A DNA stretch of 58,634 bases, counting the filler, from Diploschistes diacapsis (taxonomy: Eukaryota), in the NCBI GenBank assembly GCA_023645945.1. It is 7 parts of 7 records of this genome, joined end to end, with 100 filler letters (N's around TTAATTAATTAA, not from the genome) between each part and the next. Parts side by side here need not be neighbours in the genome. Positions count along the whole stretch, not along the records: positions 16,804 to 25,099 come from JALAIB010001172.1; positions 25,200 to 33,493 come from JALAIB010001173.1; positions 33,594 to 41,881 come from JALAIB010001174.1; 4 more parts are not named here. One strand, 5' to 3'. The notes under the pieces were generated by a model that saw only the letters and a program-made list of their open reading frames with translations, searched no databases and was not told the origin of the DNA. Shown piece by piece: positions 24,713-37,667 of this stretch. The stretch's first letter is position 1, and every line of letters starts with the position of its first letter. A program made the position numbers and the translations under genes.

Positions 24713-24920
24713 ACGTCTTTCCCCAGGAAACGGAACACCCCACGAAGCGGAACACAATCCTGCACCTTCGTATAATGTAGTTGAAAACAGATTTAGTTTC
24801 GTACAAATAATTTTATGTGTGGTTGTGGGGCTCAAAAGCTCGCTTGAAACTATCTAGCGTAATTACATTATAATGTAGTATTCCGCTTCGTGGGGTGATC
24901 CGTTTCCTAAAAAAAGACGT
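24713..24920. mobile_element. pogo/Fot1-type MITE, copy A (208 bp, TA-flanked)
   Basis: TA|ACGTCTTTCCCCAGGAAACGGAACACCCCACGAAGCGGAA ... TTCCGCTTCGTGGGGTGATCCGTTTCCTAAAAAAAGACGT|TA, about 40-bp TIRs, no ORF. Confidence 0.85.
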
Positions 24921-24922
24921 TA

Positions 24923-25099
24923 ACGTCTTTCACAAATCATCCGCCCATATAAATCATCCGCCCACCTACTTCCCATTCTACATGTTTTCAACCTTATAAC
25001 ATAACCAATTCAGGCTATAATTAAATTTTTTTTAATTTAATTAATATTATAGCGTTACGAGCATGTACGGGTAATATATTCGTACGAACTATATAAATT
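24923..25099 (+). mobile_element. 5' end of a second pogo/Fot1-like element, AT-rich and truncated by contig end
   Basis: Starts ACGTCTTT directly after the shared TA, has the tandem subterminal repeat AAATCATCCGCCCA x2, then TpA-rich DNA. Confidence 0.65.
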
Positions 25100-25199
25100 N
25101 NNNNNNNNNNNNNNNNNNNNNNNNNNNNNNNNNNNNNNNNNNNTTAATTAATTAANNNNNNNNNNNNNNNNNNNNNNNNNNNNNNNNNNNNNNNNNNNN
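25100..25199. other. Artificial contig linker
   Basis: 44 N + TTAATTAATTAA + 44 N. Confidence 0.99.
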
Positions 25200-26109
25200 G
25201 TCCCCGGCCTCGCGAGCGCCAAGTTCGCCATAACGAGCGCCAGCTCAGCATCCATGCTCGTCGTGCTCAGATAGCGCCTCTTCTTCAGCGAATACCTCCC
25301 CGCCGCGCCCCGGTCCCCCGTGCCGATCAATCGCCCCAAATATACCACCCTCGGCTCCCTCCCTCTCTCTTCCCCCTTCCCGCTTCCCTCCTCCTGGCCC
25401 ACCGCATCCAGTGAAGAAGAAGCAGTTGCAGCATCGCGAACGGCCTTTGCCTTTACCTTGGCCGGCTGCACGCTTAGGGGATCAGCCTCGTACTCCTCGA
25501 ACAGGGTAAACGTCTCTTCGGCATCTTTCAACCTGATCGGGCCCCGGAAGTCCAGCCAGGACAGCGACTCGATGATATCGCGCTGCGCGGCCATGCTCCG
25601 GGAGCCGCGGTAGGAGTCGAAGAGGAACTTGAAGGAGGAGTCTCGGTGGCGGGGCCAGAGGTGCGGAGAGGAGGTCCGGATGGAAGTCGTTAGGGCAGGG
25701 TAGGTGGGGCCGGAGCCCCAGAGCTCGTGGATGGAGAGGGAGAGGATAGAGCGGGAGATTAGGGTGGCGGCAGTTGTGTGGCATGTGGGAAGAGAGGAGT
25801 AGGAAGAAAGTGGGAGGCGGATGGTGCAGAAGGGGGACTGGAGGGGTGTCAGTGGGAGGTGCCTGACCGGGGGAAGATAGGGGATTGGGTATGGGAACGC
25901 TGTGTGTTTACGGGACGTTGGACTCATATGTTAAGGAGGGAGATATGTAGGAAGATTCGCTTTTGGGAAATGCTTTATGGCATAGAACGTACATACTCGC
26001 TGTAGTGCAGGATCTCGAGATCGATGCCATGGACTTCAGCCAAAGCTCGGAGCTCCGGGACTCGGAAGCTTTCATGGAGTTGCGCGAAGCGCACAAGGTA
26101 TTCTGGCAT
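25200..26109 (-). CDS. TRM11: tRNA (guanine-10-N2)-methyltransferase, 5' part (truncated)
   Basis: MPEYLVRFAQLHESFRVPELRALA, intron 25992-25838, then SPFCTIRL...LISRSIL..SIHELWGSG...YSLKKRRYLSTTSMDAELALVMANLALARPG. Confidence 0.93.
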
Positions 26110-29100
26110 TTTAGAAACTGGTGGAAGTAGATAGTTCTCTGATTAAGAAGCGTGAATGATCAAATTCGTCTAGTGTAGATGCTTGTGTATTTGTTTTAAA
26201 TGTAACACCTCTAACATGATGCATCGGGCATCAAAGCAATCACAGCGATTAGCTTTTGGCAGGTATGGTATTGGTAGGAACAATTCAAGAATATCACAAG
26301 TAACCCTGAAAAAGGAAATGTTAATATTGAGTCCCAAAAACCCGCACAACAAGCTTTTGGTGATATTGTGTGCCAGAAGCGCACATTTGATTATTGAAGT
26401 AGGATATTGTCCTATGTCACATCCATGCTATCCAATACGTTGAACACTCAACCCCTGCCCTCCAAACTAGCCCTAGGAGTGGTCTATTCTAACAAGATTT
26501 CTAGTGTATTTTGCCCAATGTTTCATACAATGTGCTCCCGGATGCAGCTCCTCCGATTGGGAGCATATTCCCAACTTAATTTCATTGTTGATCGCATGGA
26601 AGTAGACTAAATGGCCAGAAGCTGGAGAAAGATACTGTGAGTATACTGCAACGTTATCATTCATCTTGCCAAAGCTGAAAGACGGCAACATTATTGTAAA
26701 GGGGTAGAGAAGCAAGAGCTACTTGACAACTGTAAAATTTGGCGCTATGAAGATAGGTGCCTTGAGTGCGGGCTATGCTGCTGTGTCTCATGAAGGGTGA
26801 TACTAGAGTCTTGAACAAGGAACGCTTGCCCCATGACTGAGCATACGCGCTTGACCCGAATCCCATTCTTTCGAGCCCAAAACAGGACCAGTGAGAGCCA
26901 TTGGGAATCACAACACCGATGGTTATTCTGAAGAAGGTTCGTCCAAAACGTTGCATTTATATGCATATAAGAGGGATTGCGCTTGATGCTCATCGTCTCG
27001 AGTTAGCATTCATGCTTTGGCTTAGCAAAGGGACCCACAGTACGCTTTCCTATGTATGACGAGCACATTCCGGCGGACGGGAAGGCGCTTTCAAAGGGCT
27101 TATATCAAACACAGCACAGAATCGGAAATGAGTCAAGACTATCACCCTTTGCAGAACGCCCTTCCAGTGCTGCATCGAAAAGGTTGTCTTCTCGGCCCTC
27201 TCGTAAGCCCGATCATTGTGGCAGAACTGTTGGATACTTGGTCGCTGCGATCATGCCCATTTTCAATGATGGGAGGCTGAAATTAAGTAGAATATGTAAT
27301 AGATTGTGCATAGCTTTACTCCTTCTCCTTACCTGATCGGTGTACAGAAAAGGTGGAGCAGCGAGCCATGCTGGAGGCCGACTCCAGGCCGACAGCATTG
27401 GCTCGAAGCATGGCACCGTTTGAAGAGGCGGGTGTCATTGAAGCGTGGTCACAGAGCCGCCGGGAACACGGTGAGGTGGCCAAGTCTTCATAATCTTTGA
27501 GTTAGGAGAGTTGTCCGGCCCTTACTATATCCTCGATTGTAGTAGTCTCGAACATGCGTGCTCCGACATTACCTATTTCTATGTGTATAAGTTATAGCAA
27601 GGTTCGAGGGTGACATAAGCAGCCTAGGATCAACATATGAACCGAGGCGAATGCGAAGCTCAAGTAGGTGAGATTGACGAAACAAAATAACTTCAATCGG
27701 GGCTAAGCAAAATATGATGAAAATTTTGAAAAGGGGTCAGCAGAATTGGCTAAACGCACTGACTTCGGCGTTTTGCTCTCTTTTGTTTTTTTACGAGTTT
27801 GGCATGACACGACGCAATTTATTGGGGCAGTACTTGGTCCGAGCCTTGCTAATTGCCTAATTGCGCGATTCAAAGCTCTTTGCAGAGTATCCGTGTCATC
27901 AGGTTGCCGGTATGCTGTGAAGGTTGTCCATGCTCACGGTCCATTCGTAGATATAGGGGCCATCGGTTCGCTCCAAAGCGATCTTTCGGGTCTTGGACCA
28001 GTGCGGTCCAAGCTTCACATCTTGTAATTATGGCCGAGAATTCAACGAATCGGTATTACCGCGGCATGGACAAGAAGAATGAAGTTAAAAAGAACTTGAA
28101 GAGTAGAAGTCGCTTGAGGTTCGTTCGTAAGGCAGGATATTCACGTGGCTTGGCTTGGCGCGTTCACGGACCATTCTTTGTCCGTGGCTCAACCCCCCGA
28201 TTCGTTGGATTCGACCGCGCCTCAATCGCCAACACAGCCGGGTGAGCAAACATGACTATGAACATGAAGACAACCATATGAAGAAGCATGAAATGGGCCC
28301 AACGCCTGGCCTCGTGTCGAAGGGCTTTGCGGTTGGCCGCTACCCTGGTCGGCTTCTCAAGACCCTGAAGGTAAGTCGAACAAAAGACTTCACGAAGAGC
28401 CTTCTGCAATAATCGACGGGCTTCGCCTCGAATTGCTCTAGGCCTTCTCTCCTTTCGTCATTTACTCGGGTAGAAATAGAAGCGCTCTTCACAGGTCGTG
28501 CCTGGCACTCAGCTCAAGTCATGATTTCAGATGATTATACGAATGCTGCAAGGGGCTCCGAAGGCTCCAGCCACTCTATGCATCCGCTTTCGGCCTCCTC
28601 CGTCCAAGCGCGACCCCCGTACGAGCCGCATGAGCTTTTTCGTTTCAGATGGCGCAACACCCGGGAGCCCTACGAGCTATTTATTACCATGCATTGCTTA
28701 GTGCTTGACGCTAGGACCCAGTTCGCGTGCTGCTACGTGATCTATCGGAGAACCGAAACGGGTGCGGTGGTTGGATTTTGCGTCATTCTGCAGGGAGCAA
28801 TAACATATCACACTTTGGGCTTGACACGGACTATGCCGTCAGTTTCTGAATATACCGTTGCTGCGGGCGTATGATTGTGTATATGGGATGTACCTAGACC
28901 ATCAAAGTGGCTGCAGTAAGAGAGCACTGTTGCTCGGACGTGCAATGTAGCTATGGAGGGGGATTAACTTGGCAGCCTACCAGGACCAAGTGGACTTCAA
29001 GGGCAAAGTTGTTGCTCAATCACTGTTTAGCGGTTAAAATACTAGAAGTGCGCCAGCGGATACCGGATCTTCTGGATAGCTGGATAATCTGATACTACAA

Positions 29101-29420
29101 CTCGTCCGATAGCATGTTCCTAGGAAAGACGCGCATTTCTGACAGCGATTTGGGCAAAAGATCATGCCAAATAACTTAGCATTAAAGACATCATAAACTC
29201 ATACAGGGCCAATCTAATTCGCCAATCATTATCGTACAGCTCGACCTCCAGTAATGAGAAACATCTCAAATTATCTTCCCCGATATTCTTTCTTTCAAAC
29301 CATTCCCTTTGCGCCTATGATGTCCTGTATACCGACTATTATATTGCCATTTGGCATCGAATGGTCAGCGAAGATGGCCTACAAGACGTAGTCGAAATAG
29401 GCGAAGGCTTTTCAATGCCG

Positions 29421-30380
29421 CTAGTGGCTGAAATGGGAGCCTGAGTATGATGAATCCGAACCCCTCTTGACAGTTGTTGAAGGACCAGCATAATCTTCAG
29501 TTCCCCAATCAGACTGCCAGTTAGGGCCGGGCGGCGAGATAGGGGAAGACGATTCAAGACTTCCCCTTCGTTTCAGTTCATCGTTTTCCATCGAGAGCAT
29601 CTGAATCTGCGTTTCCAGCGAGTCTTTCTGGCCCCGTAGCCCCTCCATATTCTCTTGTAAACCTTTGACTTCCCTCTTGAGACTCTCTAGCTGGTCTTGA
29701 AGATGCTTGACTCTCTTCTCTGCAATTCGTTAGTAAAACGTGGAGGTACATAGCAGGTACAAGTGATACAGACTATTTTCTTCGCGGAACTTGCGTTGTG
29801 CAAGACGGTTTGATTCCCTGCGTTTCTGGATTTCGTGAGCAAAGTTCTATCAATGTAGCATTACCATACTTCAATCTGTTTCTGCTTCTCTGATTCCGGT
29901 ATGAACTCTAGCGGAACCCCGTAGCTTTGCCCCGAATATTGCTGTGGAACACTCTCGGAGCTAGAAACATCGCCAAAGGTGTCTTGGTAGGGCGGCATAG
30001 ACGCCTCGAATTGTGGGACGGTTTCCTATGTCCCGTGTCAGTCGAAGTTTAATCCTCAATGCTAGTAATTTCCACAATGAGAATGAGGGAAGCGCTCGGA
30101 CTAGGGGACATCCGAGCATAATTTCTGGCCTTGGTAGATACAGTCTCTTAGAAACACTAAGCTAGAAGTATCTGAGCAAGCGCCAGTATGATCCTTTCAT
30201 ACACGGAAGCGATCTTACCCCATATGGTGTCTGTTGCAACTGATAGTACGCTGGATCCTGGGGGTTGAGGGTATGTCCGTAAACAGCGGGATGCACTGTG
30301 GCTGGAGTACTGGTTGCGCTATATGATGCGGGTGTTTGACTTTGCTGGTACTGATAATAGTTCGGATCTGAAGGATCCAT
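29421..30380 (-). CDS. bZIP transcription factor (about 3 introns, junctions approximate)
   Basis: Gln/Tyr/Pro-rich N-terminus MDPSDPNYYQYQQ, basic region KRRESNRLAQRKFREE (~29777-29826) and zipper VKHLQDQLESLKREVKGLQENMEGLRGQKDSLETQIQMLSMENDELK. Confidence 0.8.
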
Positions 30381-33300
30381 CTTCGGTACTGCCTTCGTTT
30401 GACGTGAGGCTCCGAGACAACGCTGATTTGAATCCTGGGTTGGGAAAATGGCAGCTCCCTACCTTTTGTATGCGAACAAGCGTGGGCAAGAAGGCCAGTG
30501 CTGCGTAGTGATTGGCTCAAAGGAGCTTCAACACAAAGTAGATGACAAGAGCCCAGAAGTCACAGCCTTGTAGAGAAATGAGTTCTGCAATGACAACGCC
30601 ACGAACGCAGATCCTGTCACGCAAGATATTACGAAAGGTTGACAGCATAGAAGCGCCGGGAGTTGATGTATGCCGACGCTATAAGTTTGCCCAAGACAAG
30701 AGACGGTACCGACAGTGCCCAGATTAGAGTTTGCAGGATGCACGCAAGAATAAATGAGTAGCTGGTGACAAACATGTCGAGTGGGAGTTAGGTCTAGCTC
30801 TGATTACAACCTTAACACAACATTCAGATGTTTGGTGCGAGATGGACAGAGCCGAGAGCAGAAGTGGGCTGTGCCAATAACCAATTGGAGTATCATAGTT
30901 TCATCAGTGTGAAGGTTAATTAACTCCCCGCTTCATCAAGCTAGCTGACACAAGGGCCTCTGTATTCACAGATCTGAAAGCAACGGTCAAGGGCAGGGAT
31001 CAGAAGCCTCGACATAAGCTCACGGAGACTGAGCAGGTGACAGCTGCTGCAGAAAATGGTTCCCTTCAGCCAGCTACTAACCCACTTAGGAGATTTCAGA
31101 TGCCCGAGGGAGAGGGGATAAGCTTAGCCAAAAGGCGTAACGAGAACGAAGTCTGCGGCCAAGGGAGAGGTCCGAGGGGGATTAAATGAGGCAACCTGAG
31201 GATGCGCTTAGCAAAGTCTCATATCGCTAAAAGTGTGCATCAGGGCTTAGGTATGCCCGAGCATGCGCAGGCCCACAAGTTATAGTGCTAGAACAGTCAT
31301 GGAAGGACGCTAGAACATGCAGGAACGGCCCCATTGCATGGTCTGGTATTGCCTGGTCCGGGTCAATGTCCAGCACGCGACTAGGTTGCACGGCACCACC
31401 GGGGACTGTATCAGATCATTTTCGCTCAGACACCGTGGATCACGGACCCCACATCAGGTCAACAGCTTGGGGGATTGGCACGTCCTTAATTCGTTTAAGC
31501 TGGCTGGTACGCGAGTCAATGAGCAGTCACGTCCGTGAGCGATAATAATGAAAATACGCAAGGCGGCGAGCAACATCATTATGTAATCGGAGATGAAATC
31601 GAGAAACCTTGCATGAAGTGATACGAGCAGTGTACTTAACGGCAACGGCAAGAAGTCTATCCATATGCCATGGGTTGTACTCGAAGGAGATCCACAATGG
31701 TGCATGTAGCAAAACATCAGGAAACAGAACCCACTGTCACGGAACGAGACCTGAAGTGTGACGGGTATAGTATTCTTGCTGCCCCTGGAGGCTCTTGAAA
31801 TATCTAGACTAACACAGCCCTAAGAAGTGGAATCGTGAATGGCGGATATGGGCGTTGTTCTGATGCGCTTTTGCTCACGTAAGCGCAGTGTCTTTCTTCC
31901 AAGTAGGTAGTATCTCGACCCTGCCACGTTGTTTGCGGTTATCCGGAATAATACCGTGCTAGCATAGTAAACCTTTCGGTGGATAGATCAAACGATCTGA
32001 GTATAGCTGAATCAATACACCATCGGTGTAGGTTTCCTTGAAACGACTCTTACAACCGAGTATGGAGGTTGCAAAGAGTAGAATCCTGCGGTGAACTTAC
32101 CGGTTACATAGTGCGCTTGAGGCTTGTGGGCGACTATCGCGCGGACCCGCCTGCGACCCCTTGCCTGGTATACCCAGTAGATAACTAGATAGTACCTTCA
32201 GCGATTAGCGGATTTTTATTGTGGTATCTTCTGATTGGCTTCTATCTGCCACACCATCTGCCTCTTGGGCCGAGCCTTATCCCCAGTGCTAGCACGCTAG
32301 TAGCTGAGCTTCAATGTACCCGGTGCACCAAAGCTACCAACGCATGTAATCTATCTCTGAATCGTTTGAAGCTCTTTTGTAGTTCAATACGCATATCCAG
32401 TAGAGCCTTCGATATCTTCCCCGCTTGGACATTACACACGCTATTTTTTGTCACAAGGGTGGCCCGATATATTCACGCTTGCTGTGGGATGCTTTTATAA
32501 TAGAAGCATATTCACAATCTACCCACGCAGATGGTAATGGAATTCGAAGGGTTGGACCACACATTCATTCCTCATACTCTACACGCCAGCATCGTATTGA
32601 GAAGCCTCCACTACATTGATTGTATTGGTGAGCAGTATTCGTGAAGTCAAAGGGGACCGTGTTCATCACTTTGGAGATGATGTGATCAATGATAGCACTT
32701 CGGATCCGAACCTAGAGACTCTCCGAGGGTGCAGAGTCGGCCCCGGGTGTTCTTGCCCTTCTTAACCCTTAATATAGGACCAGTCTGCCTGACGGAACAT
32801 GCCGAGCTTGGGCCGTAACAGCAACGGGTCCACAGCGTGACATAACAAGAGCTTCACCAAGCCCACTAGGTAGGATGTCGGCATACCAGCCTTGCGCCAA
32901 ATACAAGCTGCTTGCGGTAACGGACGGACCTCGTATTCTCTATAGAGTCTCTTGGAGCGAATGTTAGCTTCGATTCAGATCTAGTATTGCCGGCTCAAAG
33001 AGGTGTGGTAGTGTATGAAAATGCAACAAGCTCAATAGGATTAGGGCTGCCTGGAGGCTGGCTATGGCAACGGATGCTGGATGGTAACCGTGTCACTACC
33101 ACAGGGAGCTTCTAGAAGAAGCCATATCGTAACGAAGCGTTTTTTGTTCTGTAAAAGTAGGTGCCTAAGGCGAGTTTCAGGCCAACTTTGTTGTGGAAAA
33201 TTGATAGAGAGCAAATGAAAGGAATGCCTAAGGACGATGAATACCTTTTTAATATCCCGCTATGCCATTTGGGGCTTAACCCCGAGCACTTGCGCCACGG

Positions 33301-33493
33301 ATGGTGACCGGCATCTATCGGCCCGTACAGACCATGTCGGAGCTTGAAGCAAAGCAGAGCAGTTATTGTGACCGAAATAAATATATATTTTACCATTAGC
33401 CTTTACGCCCTTTTTGCGGGTCTTTCAAGTGATGTTTATTATAAGTTTTTTTACACCCACGCTCCTTTAAAACAAATATCACCATTCGAATCA

Positions 33494-33593
33494 NNNNNNN
33501 NNNNNNNNNNNNNNNNNNNNNNNNNNNNNNNNNNNNNTTAATTAATTAANNNNNNNNNNNNNNNNNNNNNNNNNNNNNNNNNNNNNNNNNNNN
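33494..33593. other. Artificial contig linker
   Basis: 44 N + TTAATTAATTAA + 44 N. Confidence 0.99.
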
Positions 33594-34529
33594 CCCCCAC
33601 CCCCTTCGAGTCCGCCTTCTACTTCTACCAGCGGCGCCTGAACGAGCGCCTCTCCCTGCCCTTCACGCGCTACTTTTACTACACCAAGGACACGCCCGCG
33701 GACATCGACTTCCGCAAGAAACTCGCCGCCCGCAACGGTACCGCGGCGCGGGACATCGGGCCGTACAACCCGCACCGCAAGGGCCCGGGGGCTTGGAACG
33801 ACGAGCTGCTCGTGGGCGCGAAGGAGAGCGAGACGCAGGAACAGGTGGAGGCGCTGCTGCGGGACGCGGTGGTGGAGGTGGAGGAGGAGGTGGAGGATCA
33901 GGAGGGGGGCAGGGAAACGCGGAAGAGGGTGGTGCAGGTTGAGAGGCCGCAGGCGCGCGAGACGGAGGCGGATAGGGCGGCGGATGTGGGGAGCTTGAAT
34001 CGCGCGCTGGAGAGGACGCTGTATCTGGTTGTTAGGGGTAGGGAGGGCGGGTGGGAGTTTCCGGCGGGGAGGCTGGAGGGGAGGGAGAGCTTGCATAGGG
34101 TGAGTCTGATTATACTTTTTATCCCGCGAATGGGGGGCCACCTGGTTAGGGGGGTGGATTCGCTTTCTCACGCTCGGCGAGAATGCTGGCAAGGACTATG
34201 CTGACGTTGTCTACCAGGCTGCGGAGCGCGTGCTAGTCCAATCCGGCGGCATCAACATGAACACGTGGATCGTCGGCAACGCGCCCGTGGGCCACTACAC
34301 GGGAAAGGAGCCGTCGCCGGACGTCGGGCCCGAAGGCGAGGCACAGGGCTCGGAGGGCTTGGGCGAAAAAACCTACTTCATGAAGGCGCGCATCATGGCC
34401 GGGAGGTTCGACTTGAAGGCGAACAAATTCGGCTTGACGGGGTACAAGTGGCTGGCCAAAGAAGAGTTGGAGAAGGAGCTTGAGCCGGGGTATTGGAAGG
34501 CGGTGCGGAATATGCTTGTTGATTTGTGA
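33594..34529 (+). CDS. MRPL17: Mitochondrial large-subunit ribosomal protein mL46, 3' part (5' truncated)
   Basis: FESAFYFYQRRLNERLSLPFTRYFYY...RETEADRAADVGSLNRALERTLYLVV...ESLHR, intron 34100-34217, then AAERVLVQSGGINMNTWIVGNAPVGHY...EKTYFMKARIMAG. Confidence 0.92.
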
Positions 34530-34766
34530 GACTGGGGCGGCGGTACGTAACAGTTTCGTTGAGTTGTGGGGCTGGGACGGCGACAAGGATCACGTTTGCT
34601 CGTTTGCTCGGCTGGAGAATCATCACGGCGGCAGCTTAGAGGTGATCTTGCACTTGAGACTCAAGGGATAAACATGTAAAATGTGTACAACGTAAAAAAT
34701 CATATTGACATGAATTCAACCATCATATGTAACCAACAATACGCGGGAAAATATGCTCATGAAATC

Positions 34767-36905
34767 TCAGTCAGTGCACCTTTCCCAAGGCTCCCTGTAT
34801 TCCAGCCCCATTCCCTCAAACACCCTTCTCTCCGCTTCTTCGATCGTCGTGGCCCTCTCATTCGGGTCAGCCCACCTCTCAAGGTCAAGCCAGTTGCCTG
34901 ACAACCGGTCCGTTACGCCGGAGCTATCGAACTTCCACTTCTTCGTGTGCTTTACGTATCTCCTGATGTCCCTCTGGAAGGTGGTGCCGGATGTCCAGCC
35001 CATGACAGCGCAACCGACCGTTCTCCATGGTGAGATGATGATGTCAACGCGACGATGGACATTGGGGTTCTTCGCTTTGGGGTCTGCGGCTAGGTCTTGC
35101 TCTTTTGTAGGCCAGGATGGATCTTGCCAGACGACGAGAGCTTTGTCGAGCGTGTCGAAGCCTCCAGTCTTCTCGCGGCGAATATTGGCTGGTATGGATC
35201 TCTGATCGCGCTTTGAGTTACTGGTAAATAGCTCAAGCTCGTGGGTAATCCACCCCGACCGTGCAAGCTCCGCGACCAAGGGCGTGATTAGATTCAGGGT
35301 CTTCTTTTCAACCGGGTGAGACAAGACAATATCGACATCACCGCTTTCTGGCTTGCCCCGACGATATCCACCAACGATCGTGTACTGTATCTCGTCCCCG
35401 ATGAGTTTCTTTGCATGCTCGGCAACAATGGACGCAATCCGTTCCGACTCTGGGCGAGGGATTTTCGACAAGAATTCATGATAGTACTTGAGACCGATTT
35501 TTTGCTCGAAATTCAAGCTTTCCCATCCATACTCCGTAACATCGTCGAGATCTTTCCAACCATTATTGTAGAAGCGCCGTGCAGTATTGGGACCGACGCC
35601 ATAGATGTTCCAGAACAGATCTTTGACCTTCATGGCTTCGTCAGTCTTCACCTCATGAGCCTCCTTAAGGCAGCCTTCGGTTTGGAACTCGCGAAACAGA
35701 CGGACAGCTTTCTCGTCGCAACCAGGGAGAGCTGCGACTTCTTTCGCGCTTCGAAGCGGATACGGATATGCAGCAACACTGGCGATGATGGTGCTGTAGG
35801 CACGAATTCCCGTCTGGTCCCCTATTAGATCTCGTCCATGCTTGATGGTCCTCAGCTGGTTGAGGAAATGCTTATTTTGAGATTGCTGCAGAGTGATACG
35901 CTCGCATGCATAGATCTTGTTGTCTCTAACCCACTGAGGAGTCTCTACCAGGTTTGTGTTTTCATGCTCACTAGTAGTCTCCCGTAGCAACGCTGGCTTT
36001 TTTGATTTTCTCCGAAAGCTCAGGTTGCGGGACGTATACTGAGGGCTAGTGGTCTGTAGAGAGTTTGGCTGGGTCTTGACCAACATTGATGATTTATTTT
36101 CTGGCTCCGGAGTGGCTGCTTCTGCCGTGTTCTGAGCGGGCACTTGCTGCAATCGGCTTTGCTCCATGAATGTGCTGGAAGATGATGTCGTAGGGAAACT
36201 TGAAGACGATTTGGCCCACTCGTTTGGAATAAGAATTTTAGTACCTTCATACAGAGTGTACTGCTCTAGTGGCTGGGGTTCGAGTTGTTTTACAGACTCT
36301 CTGAGCCACGCGAGCTTGACAACCTTGACAAATAGCGGGTCACGGAATCGGCTGAGCTGCAGCCTTCTGTCGTGCTTCAAAACTAAGATATCACGCTCTG
36401 TTTCCAATGTTAAGGAGGTGTCACTCGAGAAATGGGACTCTCTATCACTCGCATCTGTATCGGACTTGGTCTTTGAGCCAATTGAGATCCTTCTAGTCTT
36501 TCGAGCAGACGAACTTCCGGTCCCCCGGCTGTGCTTCCTCTTGCGAGACGACGGCGATGGAGACTTCACATTGCTTTGCTCGTCCTTAACAGCAACCCAC
36601 GGCTCCAGCTTCACTTTCCGATTTCGCAGCTCAAACTCGGCCCGCAGAGGTTTGTTCACATCGGTGGCTAGAATCAGCTGCGCATCATGAACGCCATTAG
36701 CCAGTGTAGCACCTTTGGCTTTCAACTCGAGCTGGATCGCCGTGAGCTCTTGGTTAGTGGTGGAGCCTCCACTGGATTTCCGTAGCACAAAGAAGTGAGG
36801 ATAACCACTGAGGTCCAGGTCTTTTGCATACTCAGATGAATGGAGCAGTGAGGGGTCTCCTCCTCCTGAGAGGATACTTGCTGTTGATGCCTGGCTATCC
36901 ACCAT
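34767..36905 (-). CDS. X-family DNA polymerase (Pol4/Pol mu-like) with N-terminal BRCT-like region
   Basis: Intronless ORF with VKVVKLAWL, YACER, NIYGVGPNTA, GGYRRGKPESGDVD and HRRVDIIISPWRTVGCAVMGWTSGTTFQRDIRRY. First ATG at 36905. Confidence 0.93.
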   Translation of the reverse strand: MVDSQASTASILSGGGDPSLLHSSEYAKDLDLSGYPHFFVLRKSSGGSTTNQELTAIQLELKAKGATLANGVHDAQLILATDVNKPLRAEFELRNRKVKLEPWVAVKDEQSNVKSPSPSSRKRKHSRGTGSSSARKTRRISIGSKTKSDTDASDRESHFSSDTSLTLETERDILVLKHDRRLQLSRFRDPLFVKVVKLAWLRESVKQLEPQPLEQYTLYEGTKILIPNEWAKSSSSFPTTSSSSTFMEQSRLQQVPAQNTAEAATPEPENKSSMLVKTQPNSLQTTSPQYTSRNLSFRRKSKKPALLRETTSEHENTNLVETPQWVRDNKIYACERITLQQSQNKHFLNQLRTIKHGRDLIGDQTGIRAYSTIIASVAAYPYPLRSAKEVAALPGCDEKAVRLFREFQTEGCLKEAHEVKTDEAMKVKDLFWNIYGVGPNTARRFYNNGWKDLDDVTEYGWESLNFEQKIGLKYYHEFLSKIPRPESERIASIVAEHAKKLIGDEIQYTIVGGYRRGKPESGDVDIVLSHPVEKKTLNLITPLVAELARSGWITHELELFTSNSKRDQRSIPANIRREKTGGFDTLDKALVVWQDPSWPTKEQDLAADPKAKNPNVHRRVDIIISPWRTVGCAVMGWTSGTTFQRDIRRYVKHTKKWKFDSSGVTDRLSGNWLDLERWADPNERATTIEEAERRVFEGMGLEYREPWERCTD

Positions 36906-37667
36906 TCTCACAATTAGATCCACGAATCAAGGTATGTATGAAAGGGCAAGTAAACTCGTTCGAGGGAAGCCGGGGTAGCTAAGAATAGTAGATTGAAACA
37001 AAGCATGACTTGAGAAGCAAGCTTTAATTTTAAGTAAGTGGGTTCTGTTCGATATCAGTATAGCCAACCTGAACCACAAGCTGCATCCCTGCTGAGGATG
37101 CAGACATCTTCACAGACTGAGCCTCTGTTGAACGTAGCAGAGTAGACAATGAAGAAAAGGAGAATGTGGTGAAGTGAAGATGTTGAATATCCGACGACGT
37201 CATAATATTAATATATGTTGTTGTATCTATGTATTGTCTTTCCCCGTACTTCTTGCATCCCCTCCTCCTAGTAATCACGATCTACAGCCAGAAAAATGAC
37301 GTTACTGAAGTGTCAACTCTGCGTATCAAAAGGCAAGTGTCGGTACTATATCAGCTCAGGTATAGATGGTTTGTTCCGTGGACTGTGCAATTGCCATCCT
37401 GGTGTTTGCAGAGCACCTTCCGGACAATCGACTGTGGCTTCCTGGTAGAGAGTCTCCTTCACCTTCATCTCCTCCTTCTCTCTCTCGCGCTCACTCACAG
37501 AGCCTGGGAATGTATTGACAAAGCTATATCAGTACTTTCATACATTCTTTGCTTTGCAGAGACCTACTCTGCCTCTCACTTCTCTCTTTGCCAACCCTAC
37601 AGCTTTCATACCAGCCGCTCCTTATCGTTGTAAACATATCGACATCACTCTCTCATTGTAGCTCATC

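Noticed and set aside
26170..29100. Many 60-130 aa ORFs between TRM11 and the bZIP gene
   Set aside because: No coherent exon chain or family signature is recognisable by eye.
32760..32920. Ankyrin-like fragment LVKLLLCHAVDP on the minus strand
   Set aside because: A single short motif that needs a frameshift to join an upstream helix, too weak to call.
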